Assembly: GCA_964536865.1 (NCBI GenBank)
Contig: CAZHYN010000002.1
Span: 1-32,000 of the forward strand
DNA length: 32,000 nt
Source of the DNA: an uncultured Planctomycetia bacterium
GTDB taxonomy: Bacteria > Omnitrophota > Gorgyraeia > Duberdicusellales > 4484-171
Direction of reading: 5' to 3'
Part shown: in pieces, positions 23,645 through 32,000 of the stretch
Layout of the letters: each line of letters begins with the position of its first letter
Position numbering within the stretch: position 1 is the first letter of the stretch
Made by a program: the position numbers and the translations under genes
The notes under the pieces: model-generated
Databases searched by the model: none
What the model saw: only the letters and a program-made list of their open reading frames with translations
What the model was told of the DNA's origin: nothing

Positions 23645-24891
23645 TCTCCCACTAAATCGTACTCATAAGCATCAATAATTTTGCTATTATAAAAATCTCC
23701 GACTTTTATCCTTCTATTCTTGCTCTTTCCTATATAAACTACTCCATCGATCTCGTAACAACTAAACTGGGTGCGAGCTAAGTAAGTATCCTGTGCTTCC
23801 TCATCTATCAAAACTTCTACTCTCTTACCTAAAAATCTCCTATTGACTTCTAAAGAAATATCTCTCTGAAGCTCCATAAGTAACCTGAATCTTCTTAATT
23901 TCCGCTTATAATGTAGTTGGCCAGTAAAAGAGTAAGCAGGGGTATTTTCTTCTCGAGAATATAGAAAAGCCCCTAATCTCTCAAACTTTACCTGAGCAAC
24001 AAAATCCATAAGCTCTTTAAACTCCTCCTCTTCTTCTTGAGGAAAACCCACAATTATAGAGGTTCTCAAAAATACTTGAGGAATTTTTTTTCTTATTCTG
24101 TCTATAAGAAGAATTATCTCCTTCTTTGTCACCCCTCTATTCATTAACTTTAGAATTCTATCATTTATATGTTGGATTGGCAAATCTATATATTTACATA
24201 ATCTTTCTTCATGAGCAATAAGATCAATTAAAGAAGAGGAAAGATGTTTAGGATGAGTGTAAAGTAAGCGTATCCATCTTATATTCTTAGTCTTTTTTAG
24301 GATTCTTATTAGAAGATAAACTAAATCCTTGGAAGGATTAAGGTCTTTACCCCAACTGGTTATATCTTGACCTACAAGGTTGAGTTCTTTTACTCCTCTT
24401 CTATCTAAAAATTTTACCTCTCTTAAAATATCTTCAATATTTCTACTTCTATGAGGCCCCTTTATAAGAGGAATAGCACAGTAACTGCAGTTATTGGAGC
24501 AACCCTCAGAAATTTTTAAGAAGTCTAAGTGATAAGGACCAAATCTTTTCTGTCTCACACAAGAAGGAATACCTACTAAATTTTCCCATCTATCTACCTG
24601 AGGAAAGAATTTTTTTAACGTATCCCCGTAGCGTACTACTAAGCAGCCTCGTACTATAAGATTCTTTATCTTTCCTCTTTTTTTTAGTCTTACTGCCTCC
24701 TCTATCGCCGCTATAGACTCCTGCTTAGCTTCTTTTATAAACCCACAAGTGTTAATGATAAGAGTATGAGGGGCATCTATCTTTTCTTGGAAATCAAAAC
24801 CTTTCTTGATAAAGCGATTAACTATAACCTCTGAATCGTAACGATTACGGAAACATCCTAAAGAGACAACGGAAAAAGTCCTCCTCATCAA
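23641..24891 (-). CDS. rimO: Ribosomal protein S12 methylthiotransferase RimO (MiaB-family radical SAM)
   Basis: N-terminal SLGCFRNRYDSE, radical-SAM CSNNCSYCAIP, C-terminal TRAM domain. The rimO-pgsA neighbourhood is common. Confidence 0.8.
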   Translation of the reverse strand: MMRRTFSVVSLGCFRNRYDSEVIVNRFIKKGFDFQEKIDAPHTLIINTCGFIKEAKQESIAAIEEAVRLKKRGKIKNLIVRGCLVVRYGDTLKKFFPQVDRWENLVGIPSCVRQKRFGPYHLDFLKISEGCSNNCSYCAIPLIKGPHRSRNIEDILREVKFLDRRGVKELNLVGQDITSWGKDLNPSKDLVYLLIRILKKTKNIRWIRLLYTHPKHLSSSLIDLIAHEERLCKYIDLPIQHINDRILKLMNRGVTKKEIILLIDRIRKKIPQVFLRTSIIVGFPQEEEEEFKELMDFVAQVKFERLGAFLYSREENTPAYSFTGQLHYKRKLRRFRLLMELQRDISLEVNRRFLGKRVEVLIDEEAQDTYLARTQFSCYEIDGVVYIGKSKNRRIKVGDFYNSKIIDAYEYDLVGE

Positions 24892-24897
24892 GGTAGC

Positions 24898-25596
24898 TTA
24901 TTTCTCTACCGATACTCCTTGAGGGGTAATCTTTAAGCTCTTTATGGGTTGACGTAACCTCGTCAAAGGGGGAAGGAGTTTTCCGTTAACCTCTATTTCC
25001 ACTGCAGAACCATCACTAAATTTAAATTCTATCTGGCGCATAGCTCTCCAACTTTCCACTACCCCCTTCTTAAGAGTACCTTCAAAAACTATCTTGCCTT
25101 CTACTTTTGCTATCACAAAGCAATCTCTTTTTGCAGTAATACTTACATAAAGAAGTTGGTTTTTGCCTGAGGAAGGAGAAGTAACTAACATTTTCTTACC
25201 TTGAGAAGGAAGAGGAGGAGAGGTTTTAAAAACCCTCCTTGAGAAAAATAAAATCCCAACTAAAATTATAAAAATGGCAATACTTCCAAATAAGATTCTT
25301 CTAAAGAAACGGTGTTTTTTAAAAGGAGGAGTAACTATAGGGGGAGTGTGTTTTTTCTCTTTCTTTTCTCCCCTGAAGAAAGAATCAAACTTTGCCTCAT
25401 CAAATCTAATCTCCAAGAAAGAACAGTAGATTTTTAAGAACCCTTTCAAGTAAGTAGGATTTATCTTATCCCAGTTGCCCCCTTCTAAATCCTTTATTAC
25501 CGAAGGATGTAATTTAGTCTCCTCTACAACCTCCTCAATAGTTAAACCTAACTTCTCTCTCTCTTCTCTTAGTTGTGCAGATAACTCATCCTTCAT
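24898..25596 (-). CDS. rodZ: RodZ-like cytoskeleton-associated protein (HTH + TM + DUF4115)
   Basis: N-terminal XRE HTH LREEREKLGLTIEEVVEETKL, one TM helix (ILFGSIAIFIILVGILFF) and a C-terminal beta domain. Confidence 0.7.
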   Translation of the reverse strand: MKDELSAQLREEREKLGLTIEEVVEETKLHPSVIKDLEGGNWDKINPTYLKGFLKIYCSFLEIRFDEAKFDSFFRGEKKEKKHTPPIVTPPFKKHRFFRRILFGSIAIFIILVGILFFSRRVFKTSPPLPSQGKKMLVTSPSSGKNQLLYVSITAKRDCFVIAKVEGKIVFEGTLKKGVVESWRAMRQIEFKFSDGSAVEIEVNGKLLPPLTRLRQPIKSLKITPQGVSVEK

Positions 25597-27779
25597 ACCA
25601 ACCCTTTCTCTTTTAGATAGAGATCTGGATCTACTAGAATCTCTCTTGCTTTACTTCCTGAGAAAGGTCCTACTATACCTGCTTCCTCCATAAGATCAAG
25701 GAGGCGTGCTGCTCTAGTATAACCTACACGTAACCTCCTCTGAAGAAGAGATGCAGAAGCTTGTCGAGCAGTAAGAATAATCCTTACCGCCTCATCAAAC
25801 AACTCATCTTCCTCTATATGCATAGCTGTTGATTTCTCTACTTTAGTAATCTTCTCTTGATATACAGGTGCCCCTTGATTTCTTAAGAAATCTGTTAATT
25901 GCTGAATATCTTCATCGTCGATATAAGAACCCTGTGCCCTTATGGGTCGAAATGCTTGCGGTTTTAAAAAAAGTAAATCTCCCCTCCCTAAAAGTTTCTC
26001 TGCTCCTACGATATCTAAAACAGTACGCGAATCTACCTTAGAGGAAACCTTAAAAGAGATACGTGCTGGGAAGTTAGCTTTTATTACTCCTGTAATAACA
26101 TCTACCGAAGGGCGCTGAGTCGCTAAAATAAGATGGATACCCACTGCTCGGGATAGCTGAGCTAATCTCTGGATAGATGCCTCAATACTCTCCTTAGCTA
26201 CACTCATTAAATCTGCCAACTCATCGATAACAATAACTACGTAAGGAAGACGAAATTCCTTCTCATTATAACTGGTAATATTCCTTACTCCCTCTTCAGC
26301 CAAAAGTCGGTATCTTGACTCCATCTCCTCTACCGCCCAGTTAAGAGCAGCGAATGCTTTTTTTGCCTCATAGATTATAGGAGAAAGAAGATGAGGAATT
26401 CCGCTAAAAGGAGCAAGTTCCACCATTTTGGGATCAATAAGAATAAATTTAACCTCATTAGGTTTGGCTTTAAAAAGAATAGAGGAAATTAAGGAATTAA
26501 CACATACTGTCTTACCAGAACCAGTTGTCCCTGCAATCAAAAGATGTGGCATCTCCTTTAAGTCAGCTATCACTGGTTCCCCTTTAACGTCTTTACCAAT
26601 AGCTAAAGTTAACTTAGAAGGAGAAGAAACAAATGACTGCTCTTGCAAAACTTCTCTTAGATATACTATATGTTTCTTTTCATTAGGGACTTCTACGCCA
26701 ATCGTTCCTCTTACTGGAATAGGGGCAACAATTCGTACACTGGAAGATTTCATAGCTAAAGCAATATCATCAGCTAAAGTAGTAATCTTGGTAATCTTCA
26801 CTCCAGGTTGAGGCTCTAACTCATAAAGAGTTACTACAGGGCCTTTTTGAACACTCACTACTTTTGCCGATACCCCGAAATCGGCTAAAGTCTCCTCTAA
26901 ATTTTTAATGTTCTCCTTTATATCCTCCTTCATCTTCCGAGCGTCCAGGCCAGGAGGGACTTTAAGAAGGTCTATATGAGGAAGAGAGAAACTGGATGGC
27001 TCAAAACTCTTTTTTGCCTGCCTCTCTATATCCTCTATCTTCTTCTTTACCTGAACCTTATCAATAGCTTTTTCCCTCAAAGAAGGGGACTCTCTAACAA
27101 CTTCCTCTTTCTTGGGAATAACCTCTTCCTTTCTTTTAGAAGGATAAGGAGGAGGTGTATAAATTCTTATCTGAGGAGTAGTTTTTACCTTCCTCTTAAG
27201 CTCCGAGGTCTTCCTAGAAAGAATCTCTTCTTTAACTACTTTCAACTTAAAGAATGCTCCTTGAAGAAGAGAAACAACATCCAAGAACAAATAACTAAAC
27301 AAAGCATAAATACTCACACCCACAATGGTAGACAAAAATATCAATGAACCCCAAAATCCTAAATAGGTACGGAGGAAATGCGAAATAAAAAATCCTAACC
27401 CTCCTGCTTTTTCATAAACGATTACAGGCTCAGGAAAGAAAATCCCTACTAAAGCAGGAAAGAATATAATTAGGATTAGAAACAAGATAACCTTGACAGA
27501 CTTTTTTTGAGAAACTCCATAGGCTCTTATAAGATTTAACTTTTCTAATCCCTTAAATATAAAGTAGAAGGGGAAAAAGTAACTAACCACTCCAAACGTA
27601 AAAAAAAGGAAGAAAGCTAAATAACTCCCTAAAATTCCTACAAGATTATGAGGATTCTTATTATAAGGGGAACTTATCCATTTTATATCCTGAGGCACAA
27701 AAGAAACCAAACTGAGAAGGAGCATTATCCCTAAAGAGAAAAAAATCACTGCTTGGAGATGAACTATTATCCTTCTCAT
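25593..27779 (-). CDS. ftsK: DNA translocase FtsK
   Basis: N-terminal TM domain, Walker A GTTGSGKT, Walker B VVIVIDELADL and gamma winged helix SASLLQRRLRVGYTRAARLLDLME. Confidence 0.93.
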   Translation of the reverse strand: MRRIIVHLQAVIFFSLGIMLLLSLVSFVPQDIKWISSPYNKNPHNLVGILGSYLAFFLFFTFGVVSYFFPFYFIFKGLEKLNLIRAYGVSQKKSVKVILFLILIIFFPALVGIFFPEPVIVYEKAGGLGFFISHFLRTYLGFWGSLIFLSTIVGVSIYALFSYLFLDVVSLLQGAFFKLKVVKEEILSRKTSELKRKVKTTPQIRIYTPPPYPSKRKEEVIPKKEEVVRESPSLREKAIDKVQVKKKIEDIERQAKKSFEPSSFSLPHIDLLKVPPGLDARKMKEDIKENIKNLEETLADFGVSAKVVSVQKGPVVTLYELEPQPGVKITKITTLADDIALAMKSSSVRIVAPIPVRGTIGVEVPNEKKHIVYLREVLQEQSFVSSPSKLTLAIGKDVKGEPVIADLKEMPHLLIAGTTGSGKTVCVNSLISSILFKAKPNEVKFILIDPKMVELAPFSGIPHLLSPIIYEAKKAFAALNWAVEEMESRYRLLAEEGVRNITSYNEKEFRLPYVVIVIDELADLMSVAKESIEASIQRLAQLSRAVGIHLILATQRPSVDVITGVIKANFPARISFKVSSKVDSRTVLDIVGAEKLLGRGDLLFLKPQAFRPIRAQGSYIDDEDIQQLTDFLRNQGAPVYQEKITKVEKSTAMHIEEDELFDEAVRIILTARQASASLLQRRLRVGYTRAARLLDLMEEAGIVGPFSGSKAREILVDPDLYLKEKGLV

Positions 27780-29860
27780 GAAACTTGTTTCATACTGAGT
27801 GTTAATCTTCCTTGGGAGTCAATATTTATTACTTTTACCCTTACAATATCTCCCTCCTTAACAAAATCTCGAACTTCTTTTACATACTTATCAGAAATCT
27901 CAGAAATATGAATGAGCCCTATCTTGCCAGGTATGATTTCGCAAAAGGCGCCAAAATTGACTATTTTAGTAATCTTACCTGTAAAAATATCCCCTACTTG
28001 AATCTCCTTGGTAAGGTTTAAAATCTCCTCCACCGCTCTATTTAAAGACTCCTCAGTTTCAGCTACCACACTAACTGTTCCTGTCTCATCATCGATATCC
28101 ACAGTTACATTATACTCCCTTATGATTCTTCTTATTGTCTTCCCTCCTGGGCCAATGACCTCTCCAATCTTATCCAAATCTATCTTAAATGATTTTATCT
28201 TAGGAGCGTATTTGGAAATTCCCTCTCTGGGTAAGGCCAAAGCATCGTTCATCTTCTTTAAAACTAATAAGCGTGCTTGTTTAGCTTTCTTTAGACTTTC
28301 CTCGATTAACCCATAATCTAAACCATCTATCTTTAAATCCAGTTGAATAGCTGTAACTCCTTCTTCTGTCCCTGCTACTTTAAAATCCATATCTCCATAA
28401 TGATCCTCAACCCCAGCAATGTCAGTAAGGATAGCGTAAGAAGAACCTTCCTTAACCAACCCTAAGGCTATCCCCCCCACAGGCTTCTTGATAGGAACTC
28501 CTGCATCCATCAGAGATAAGGATGCGGCAGAAACAGTAGCCATACTAGAAGACCCGTTAGACTCCAATATCTCAGAAACTACTCTGATAGTGTAGGGAAA
28601 TTCCTCCTTGGGAGGGATTACACTTAGAAGAGATTTTTCTGCTAATGCGCCATGTCCTATCTCCCTGCGTGTAGGACCCCTTAAAGGCTTGGTTTCACCT
28701 ACACTAAAAGGAGGAAAAGTATAGTGAAGCATAAAGTGCTTTGATTTTTCTCCTTCCAAAGCTTCGATGAGCTGCTCATCACTTGAGGTTCCCAAAGTAG
28801 TGATGGCTAAAGCTTGCGTTTGTCCTCTGGTAAATATTGCTGAACCATGAGTGCGGGGTAGTATACTCACTTTACATTCAATGCTTCTTACCTCGTCCAA
28901 CTTCCTGGAGTCCGGCCGCTTCTTCTCCTTAAGAATCTTCTCTCTCACAAATCTCTTTTCAATCTCATAGAAAACCACTTTAATTTCTTGAGGAGTAGCT
29001 GGAAGCCCTTTTTCCTCTACTTTTTTAGAAACCTCCTCAACAATCTGGCTGAGTGCTGATTCTCTTTCTTCTTTTTTAACCAACCCATAAATCTCCTCCA
29101 GTTGAGAGAGAGCTACCTCCTTCACCAGATCAGCAAGCTCCTGAGGTGGCTGATAAAAAGGAAAATTTGCTTTTTCCTTCCCTACCTTCTCCCTAATTTT
29201 TATCTGAGCATTAATTATTTCTCTTATAAACGGATGAGCAAACTTTATAGCCTCTAATACCTCTTCCTCCTTAACTTCTCTGAATTTCCCCTCCATCATT
29301 ATAATTTTTTCTTCGCTTCCCGCAATAACAATATCCATTGAGGATTTATCTCTCTCTTCATAAGTAGGATTAACAATAAACTCCCCATTTAACTTACCTA
29401 TTCTTACTGCACCAACAGGAGCAGTAAAAGGGATATCAGAAAGAAGAAGGGCACAGCTTGCTCCATTTATCGATAAAACATCGGGATCATTTTTGCCATC
29501 ACTAGAAAGAACCATCCCAATAATCTGAACTTCATGAAGAAATCCCTTAGGGAAAAGAGGTCTTAAGGGTCTATCGATCAAGCGGGCACACAAGATTTCT
29601 GTATCCTTAGGCCTACCTTCTCTTTTTATGAATCCTCCAGGGATTTTGCCCATAGCATAGGTTCTTTCTTGGTATTCTACTACCAGAGGAAGAAATTCTA
29701 AATTCTGAGAAGGCTCTTTGGAAACACATACTGTTACCAAAACTACTGTATCAGCATAGGAAACCACTATACTTCCATTAGCTTGGCGAGCTAATTCTCC
29801 CCAGGAAAATATCAGCGGAGCTTTTCCTATATTAGGAAGGGTGAGTTGAAAAGGACCCAT
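27776..29860 (-). CDS. pnp: Polyribonucleotide nucleotidyltransferase (PNPase)
   Basis: Two RNase PH domains, KH (GPGGKTIRRI) and S1 (GDIFTGKITKIVNFGAF). Immediately follows rpsO. Confidence 0.95.
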   Translation of the reverse strand: MGPFQLTLPNIGKAPLIFSWGELARQANGSIVVSYADTVVLVTVCVSKEPSQNLEFLPLVVEYQERTYAMGKIPGGFIKREGRPKDTEILCARLIDRPLRPLFPKGFLHEVQIIGMVLSSDGKNDPDVLSINGASCALLLSDIPFTAPVGAVRIGKLNGEFIVNPTYEERDKSSMDIVIAGSEEKIIMMEGKFREVKEEEVLEAIKFAHPFIREIINAQIKIREKVGKEKANFPFYQPPQELADLVKEVALSQLEEIYGLVKKEERESALSQIVEEVSKKVEEKGLPATPQEIKVVFYEIEKRFVREKILKEKKRPDSRKLDEVRSIECKVSILPRTHGSAIFTRGQTQALAITTLGTSSDEQLIEALEGEKSKHFMLHYTFPPFSVGETKPLRGPTRREIGHGALAEKSLLSVIPPKEEFPYTIRVVSEILESNGSSSMATVSAASLSLMDAGVPIKKPVGGIALGLVKEGSSYAILTDIAGVEDHYGDMDFKVAGTEEGVTAIQLDLKIDGLDYGLIEESLKKAKQARLLVLKKMNDALALPREGISKYAPKIKSFKIDLDKIGEVIGPGGKTIRRIIREYNVTVDIDDETGTVSVVAETEESLNRAVEEILNLTKEIQVGDIFTGKITKIVNFGAFCEIIPGKIGLIHISEISDKYVKEVRDFVKEGDIVRVKVINIDSQGRLTLSMKQVS

Positions 29861-30126
29861 TACTTACGAAGGTTAAGCTCTTTTATTACCTCGTCGTACT
29901 TTTTGGGATCTCTCTTCTTAAGATATTGAAGGAGGCGCCGACGTCTCCCTACAAGCATAAGGAGACCTCGACGAGAATGAAAATCTTTCTTATGCCGTTT
30001 CAAATGTTCAGTAAGGTAATTTATCCTCTCAGTAAGGAGAGCAACTTGTACTGAGGCAGAACCCGTATCTTGAGGATGTTCCTTAAATCTTTCAATTATC
30101 TCTTTCTTTCTTCCTTTATTAGACAT
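29860..30126 (-). CDS. rpsO: 30S ribosomal protein S15
   Basis: 88 aa with [39 protein letters not shown]. Confidence 0.95.
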   Translation of the reverse strand: MSNKGRKKEIIERFKEHPQDTGSASVQVALLTERINYLTEHLKRHKKDFHSRRGLLMLVGRRRRLLQYLKKRDPKKYDEVIKELNLRK

Positions 30127-30135
30127 AGTATTATT

Positions 30136-30164
30136 ATCTTATCTATTGAAAAAGAGAATGTCAA
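30136..30164 (-). promoter_or_regulatory. Candidate rpsO promoter giving a leaderless or near-leaderless transcript
   Basis: Minus strand TTGACA (30164-30159), 17-nt spacer, TAAGAT (30141-30136), then only 9 nt (aataatact) before the ATG. No SD is present. Confidence 0.35.
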
Positions 30165-30179
30165 CTAATAAAAGATGAA

Positions 30180-30692
30180 TCACCGCTTATAAAGACCGAT
30201 TAACTCTCCTTTATCAAGAATATGACCTTTTATCTTTTTTAAAACCTCTTTTTTAGTAGCTCCTTCTTTAAGGTCTAAGACAGTATCTAAGGCGTAGACT
30301 TTGAAAAAATAACGATGAGTAGCACCAGGAGGAGGGCAAGGACCACCATAACCAATCCTTCTAAAGTCATTTATCCCTTGTAAAGTTCCATCCTCTAATA
30401 CTCCTTGGTGGGGAATATTCTCTTCTAATTTTCTCCTATTAGAAGGAATATTGTAAACTACCCAGTGTACCCATACTTTAAAAGGAGCATCAGGGTCATC
30501 ACAGATAATAACAAAACTTTTAGTTTGAGGAGGAACATCTTCCCACTCTAAAGGAGGAGAATAATTTAATGAATCACAACTATACCGAGATGGAATATAC
30601 TCACCATTATTAAAAGCAGAACTTTTAACTTCTAAGGCAAAACTTGATTTTAAAATTGAAAAAAAGAAAATAAAAATAAGAAGTTTCTTCAT
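30180..30692 (-). CDS. YbhB/YbcL-family PEBP (Raf-kinase-inhibitor-like) periplasmic protein
   Basis: Signal peptide. DDPDAP, HWVVYNIP and GYGGPCPPPGATHRYFFKVYAL are hallmark PEBP motifs. Confidence 0.85.
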   Translation of the reverse strand: MKKLLIFIFFFSILKSSFALEVKSSAFNNGEYIPSRYSCDSLNYSPPLEWEDVPPQTKSFVIICDDPDAPFKVWVHWVVYNIPSNRRKLEENIPHQGVLEDGTLQGINDFRRIGYGGPCPPPGATHRYFFKVYALDTVLDLKEGATKKEVLKKIKGHILDKGELIGLYKR

Positions 30693-30784
30693 TTCTAACT
30701 TACTATTATATCAGAAAAATTTTAAAAGTAAACCCTTATGTATGTTTTCTTTTAATCCATAATTACATTACAGATAGAGTAAAC

Positions 30785-32000
30785 CTATTTAAAGAACTTA
30801 TTAACGATAGGCATGCGTCTATCTTTTCCAAAAGCACGGGGGGTAATCTTAATCCCAATGGGGGACTGACGGCGCTTATACTCATTAGTATCCACCATTC
30901 TGATTACTCTCTTTACTAAATCCTTATCAAATCCTCTTCCTACAATCTCTTTAAAAGGTAAATCTTCTTCTATATATAATTTAAGAACGGGGTCAAGAAG
31001 AGGATACGGAGGAAGAGTATCGGAATCTTTCTGATTAGGTTTAAGCTCCGCAGAAGGAGGTCTCCTAAACACAGAAGAGGGAATAACTTCTCTTTTGTAA
31101 ACTTTATTGATATAGCGAGCAATTTTATAAACCATAGTCTTGGGAACATCTTTCAGTAAGCCAAAACCTCCTACCATATCCCCATAGAGGGTGCAGTAAC
31201 CACAAGAGACTTCACTTTTATTTCCCGTATTGAGCACTAGATACCCAAATTTATTAGAAAAAGCCATTAAAAGATTTCCTCTAATTCTTGCTTGAATATT
31301 TTCTTCAGTGTTATCAAATGGTCTATTTCTAAAAAATGGTTTAAGGGTAGAAAGATAAGCCTCGAAAATATCTCTAATATTCACAGTATAGAATTTTATC
31401 CTTAAATTCTTACAGATTCTTTTAGCATCATCAAAGGCCTGAGAAGAAGTGTACTGAGAAGGCATAATCAAACCAAAAACATTCTTTCTTCCTAAAGTAA
31501 GGGTTGCCAAAGACACCACCAATGCAGAATCTATCCCCCCACTTACTCCTACAATAACTTTTTTAAAACCGTTTTTCTTCACATAATCAAATAACCCTAA
31601 CTTTAATGCTTCAAATACCTCCTCAACATAAGAAACTCTCAACTGCTGGGGGACCAAACGTTTATTTTTATTAAAGTTGAAGATAAGAAAATCTTCTTTA
31701 AATCTCTTAGCAAATTCCACTACTTTACCTGAAGGAGAAACAACCATGCTTGTACCATCAAACACTAACTCATCTTGTCCTCCTACAATATTACAATAGA
31801 AGAGAAAACAATTAAGATATTGGGAGGCTTGAGAAAGAATACTTTTTCTTAAGGAAATTTTTCCCAAATGATAGGGAGAAGCGGATAGATTTATAATAAA
31901 ATCAAGATTTTTCTTGGAAAGCCTCTCCAGATAACTTTTTTGCCAAATATCCTGGCATATATTTACTGAAAAACTATAATCTCCCAAGAAGTAAAAAGGA
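30785..32000 (-). CDS. nadE: Glutamine-dependent NAD+ synthetase NadE (C-terminal synthetase domain plus part of the CN-hydrolase domain; N-terminus beyond the window)
   Basis: PP-loop GVSGGIDSAL. The N-terminal part of the visible ORF (FSVNICQDIWQ) belongs to the nitrilase-like domain, so the track's M at 31987 is internal and the frame stays open to the edge. Confidence 0.88.
   Translation of the reverse strand, partial: PFYFLGDYSFSVNICQDIWQKSYLERLSKKNLDFIINLSASPYHLGKISLRKSILSQASQYLNCFLFYCNIVGGQDELVFDGTSMVVSPSGKVVEFAKRFKEDFLIFNFNKNKRLVPQQLRVSYVEEVFEALKLGLFDYVKKNGFKKVIVGVSGGIDSALVVSLATLTLGRKNVFGLIMPSQYTSSQAFDDAKRICKNLRIKFYTVNIRDIFEAYLSTLKPFFRNRPFDNTEENIQARIRGNLLMAFSNKFGYLVLNTGNKSEVSCGYCTLYGDMVGGFGLLKDVPKTMVYKIARYINKVYKREVIPSSVFRRPPSAELKPNQKDSDTLPPYPLLDPVLKLYIEEDLPFKEIVGRGFDKDLVKRVIRMVDTNEYKRRQSPIGIKITPRAFGKDRRMPIVNKFFK

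Noticed and set aside
26428-28316. Plus-strand ORFs antisense to ftsK and pnp (26428-26811, 26976-27347, 27812-28021, 28008-28316)
   Set aside because: Inside very well supported genes. Shadow frames.
1-32000. CRISPR arrays, rRNA genes, IS elements with terminal inverted repeats, toxin-antitoxin or known defence operons
   Set aside because: I found no regularly spaced direct repeats, no rRNA-like conserved stretches and no transposase-like ORFs. The only recombinase is the serine integrase at 10243.

Overview
AT-rich (about one-third GC by eye) chromosome segment from a diderm bacterium, not identifiable to taxon from sequence alone. Product calls rest on motif recognition; no database search was possible. 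Nearly everything is transcribed on the minus strand in tight operons. (1) 1-7673 holds a complete Pho cluster: phoB-phoR, two small ORFs (one looks like a stand-alone sigma-70 region 4), a porin, pstSCAB and the start of phoU. (2) 7680-12975 is the only accessory-looking stretch and the most interesting part. It contains a tRNA-Asn(GUU) gene interrupted by a 260-nt group I (IC3-like) intron. A short GIY-YIG nuclease ORF abuts the tRNA 5' end and reads into it. Upstream of that lies a relic second copy of the tRNA 5' exon, broken up by perfect small hairpin insertions. A large serine recombinase ORF has no stop of its own, runs antisense through the tRNA 3' exon into the intron, and carries an in-frame tRNA-3'-end-like fragment. 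About 3.4 kb away, in mirror orientation, are a decayed second copy of the intron 3' half and a start-less relic of a recombinase C-terminus. Between the two units sit an XRE regulator, a DUF5667-like secreted repeat protein and a UPF0016 transporter. (3) 12976-32000 is housekeeping: trmI; one long operon sufC-sufB/D-gcvT-gcvH-gcvPA-gcvPB-lplA/lipM-lipA; cinA(pncC)-thpR; rpsO-pnp-ftsK-rodZ-rimO-pgsA-pgpA; a PEBP-family protein; and nadE, which runs off the right edge. I saw no CRISPR array, rRNA or recognisable defence system.
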